Assembly: GCA_003566775.1 (NCBI GenBank)
Contig: PXBW01000087.1
Location: 1,649-65,648, forward strand
Reading direction: 5' to 3'
Length of the DNA stretch: 64,000 bases
Origin: a candidate division WS1 bacterium
Lineage (GTDB): Bacteria; Armatimonadota; Zipacnadia; Zipacnadales; UBA5352
In this document: one piece after another, positions 62,519 to 64,000 of the stretch
Position numbering within the stretch: position 1 is the first letter of the stretch
Layout of the letters: each line of letters opens with the position of its first letter
Program-made: the position numbers and the translations under genes
The notes under the pieces: generated by a model
What the model was told of the DNA's origin: nothing
The model's input: the letters and a program-made list of their open reading frames with translations, nothing else
Databases searched by the model: none

Positions 62519-64000
62519 ATGTCCGACCCGATTCTTCCGCAGAACGCGACGCTCAGTGATGAGCTTAGAGACAGGATCCAGTCCAGACTGAAGTTGATGA
62601 AAGAGCAGAATTGGATCGCTCGTATCTGGGACGGGGAGGCCCAACTCTGGAAGTCCGAACCCCCGCATATGGAGGTGATAGAGCGAAGCCTTGGTTGGCT
62701 CAAGCTCCCGACGCGCATGCTGCCGAAGGTTGGGATGCTCGAGGGTATTGCCGGGGATCTCAGGAAGGACTTCGACCGCCTGGTGCTGCTCGGCATGGGA
62801 GGAAGCTCGCTTGCACCGTGGTGCTTCTCCGAAATCTGTGGCTCACGCGACGGTTATCCAGAGTTGCATCTGCTCGACAGTACCGTCCCCGAGGATGTCC
62901 TTCAGGCGACGAAGGGCGTGTCTCCTGACCGCTGTCTGTTTCTTGTGGCCAGCAAGTCCGGCACGACCACTGAGACGAGAGCATTGTTCGATTACTTCTG
63001 GGGCGAGATGAGCGATCGCACCGAGGATGAGGTGGGGGAGAGGTTCGTCATCATCACCGACCCGGACAGCGCCCTCGTCCAGGCAGCCACGGAGCGGGGA
63101 ATACCCAGGGTCTTTGAGAACTGGGAGGATATCGGTGGCAGGTATTCAGCGCTTTCGTATTTTGGCATGGTTCCGGCGGCTCTGATCGGTGCCCCCTTTG
63201 ATGCCATGCTCGAGTCCGGAAGTGAGATGGCTGGCGCCTGCTCTCCTGAGGTGCCCGCGCGGGAGAATCCGGGGGCGGCTCTCGGGGCGTTACTGGGCTG
63301 CTGCTACGAGATCGGCCGGGACAAGGTGACGCTGCTGACCTCGGAGCGTCTCGCTTCCTTCGGCGACTGGATCGAACAACTTCTCGCTGAGAGCACGGGC
63401 AAGGAGAGCAAGGGACTCGTACCGGTGGTCAATGAGCCGCCGCTTGCTCCCGACGCGTACTCTGACGACCGAGTCTTCGCATATCTCCGCTATGGCGAAG
63501 ACCGCACTCATGATCAACTTGCGGATGCCGTTGCGGCGCTGGGTCATCCGGTGATGCGTATCGATGTCGCTGAACCGTGTCGCATCGGCGGGGAGATGTT
63601 CCGCTGGGAGTTCGCCACCGCAGTAGCGGGTGCGCTCATGGGCATCAACCCCTTTGATCAGCCGAATGTACAGGAGTCCAAGGACAGGACCCGCGAGGTT
63701 CTCGATCAATACGCAGAGACCGGTGAGCTTCCGGAGCAGGAACCGGATGTCGCCGAGACCGCGTTATTCTCAGAGGATGTGAGAGGAGTCGTCCAGGATC
63801 TGATAGAGGGGATCAGGCCGCGCGACTATTTCGCGATAATGACCTATCTCCCCAGAAGTGAGATGGTGGATGAGGCGGTTGCACGCATGCGGACGGCAGT
63901 CTCCTCAAACAGGCGCGTCGCGACAACGGCCGGCTACGGCCCTCGCTTCCTCCACTCTACTGGGCAACTACACAAGGGCGGGCCGAACACGGGCGTATTC
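62519..64000 (+). CDS. pgi: Glucose-6-phosphate isomerase, 3'-truncated by window edge
   Basis: Absent from the ORF track because there is no stop in the window. Manual translation from ATG 62519 (GGAGGGA RBS) gives LVLLGMGGSSLAP, FLVASKSGTTTET, EDIGGRYSALSYFG and INPFDQPNVQESK, which are classic PGI/SIS motifs. The frame is open to base 64000. Confidence 0.9.
   Translation, partial: MSDPILPQNATLSDELRDRIQSRLKLMKEQNWIARIWDGEAQLWKSEPPHMEVIERSLGWLKLPTRMLPKVGMLEGIAGDLRKDFDRLVLLGMGGSSLAPWCFSEICGSRDGYPELHLLDSTVPEDVLQATKGVSPDRCLFLVASKSGTTTETRALFDYFWGEMSDRTEDEVGERFVIITDPDSALVQAATERGIPRVFENWEDIGGRYSALSYFGMVPAALIGAPFDAMLESGSEMAGACSPEVPARENPGAALGALLGCCYEIGRDKVTLLTSERLASFGDWIEQLLAESTGKESKGLVPVVNEPPLAPDAYSDDRVFAYLRYGEDRTHDQLADAVAALGHPVMRIDVAEPCRIGGEMFRWEFATAVAGALMGINPFDQPNVQESKDRTREVLDQYAETGELPEQEPDVAETALFSEDVRGVVQDLIEGIRPRDYFAIMTYLPRSEMVDEAVARMRTAVSSNRRVATTAGYGPRFLHSTGQLHKGGPNTGVF

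Noticed and set aside
62107-62796. 229-aa minus-strand ORF
   Set aside because: It overlaps both the small acidic ORF and the 5' end of pgi, which has clear SIS/PGI motifs. It is Ser/Arg-rich.
1-64000. CRISPR arrays, IS elements/transposases, integrases, prophage blocks, rRNA/tRNA genes
   Set aside because: I saw no regularly spaced direct repeats, no DDE/tyrosine-recombinase-like ORFs and no cloverleaf-like sequences in the intergenic regions I read (19104-19317, 31799-32150, 42254-42675, 44587-44722, 46376-46765). A tRNAscan/Infernal run would be needed to exclude small RNAs definitively.

Overview
High-GC (roughly 60-65% by eye) bacterial chromosomal window. It is densely coding, and I found no rRNA, tRNA, CRISPR array, transposase or integrase. 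The order of content is as follows. (1) A partial AbiJ/HEPN-like gene sits at the left edge. (2) A glycan-degradation neighbourhood spans 0.9-14 kb, with a BNR/sialidase-like protein, two FAD-oxidoreductase paralogs, a secreted beta-helix/PKD enzyme and CBM-type proteins. (3) A hypF-hypC-hypD-hypE maturation cluster has no hydrogenase or hypAB in the window. (4) Housekeeping and regulatory genes follow: rubrerythrin-like, argH, a DUF2961-like protein, a receiver-histidine kinase, a nitroreductase, gcvH-lipM, an OmpR-type regulator and gatB. (5) A compact MNT-HEPN-MNT toxin-antitoxin-like triplet lies at 33.8-34.8 kb. (6) Next come a third FAD-oxidoreductase paralog, two URO-D-family paralogs, a GNAT, a sugar-phosphate isomerase and a large HprK/PEPCK-like P-loop protein. 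(7) An M14 carboxypeptidase is interrupted by an in-frame TAG. (8) A sulfatase operon follows. (9) A DUF2075-type nuclease/helicase-like ATPase follows. (10) An arsR-ACR3-usp-arsM arsenic operon follows. (11) An M20 amidohydrolase and a 3'-truncated pgi, absent from the ORF track, close the window. The most notable observations are these: two independent in-frame amber codons joining ORFs in the same frame (12773-12775 and 45251-45253); a near-identical ~100-nt 3'-end module shared by two neighbouring genes, one of them frameshifted at a C/G run; the MNT-HEPN-MNT triplet, whose two MNT paralogs each keep only one carboxylate of the DxD motif; and an orphan hypFCDE cluster whose HypF carries a low-complexity insertion. 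All family assignments come from motif recognition by eye. No database search was run.
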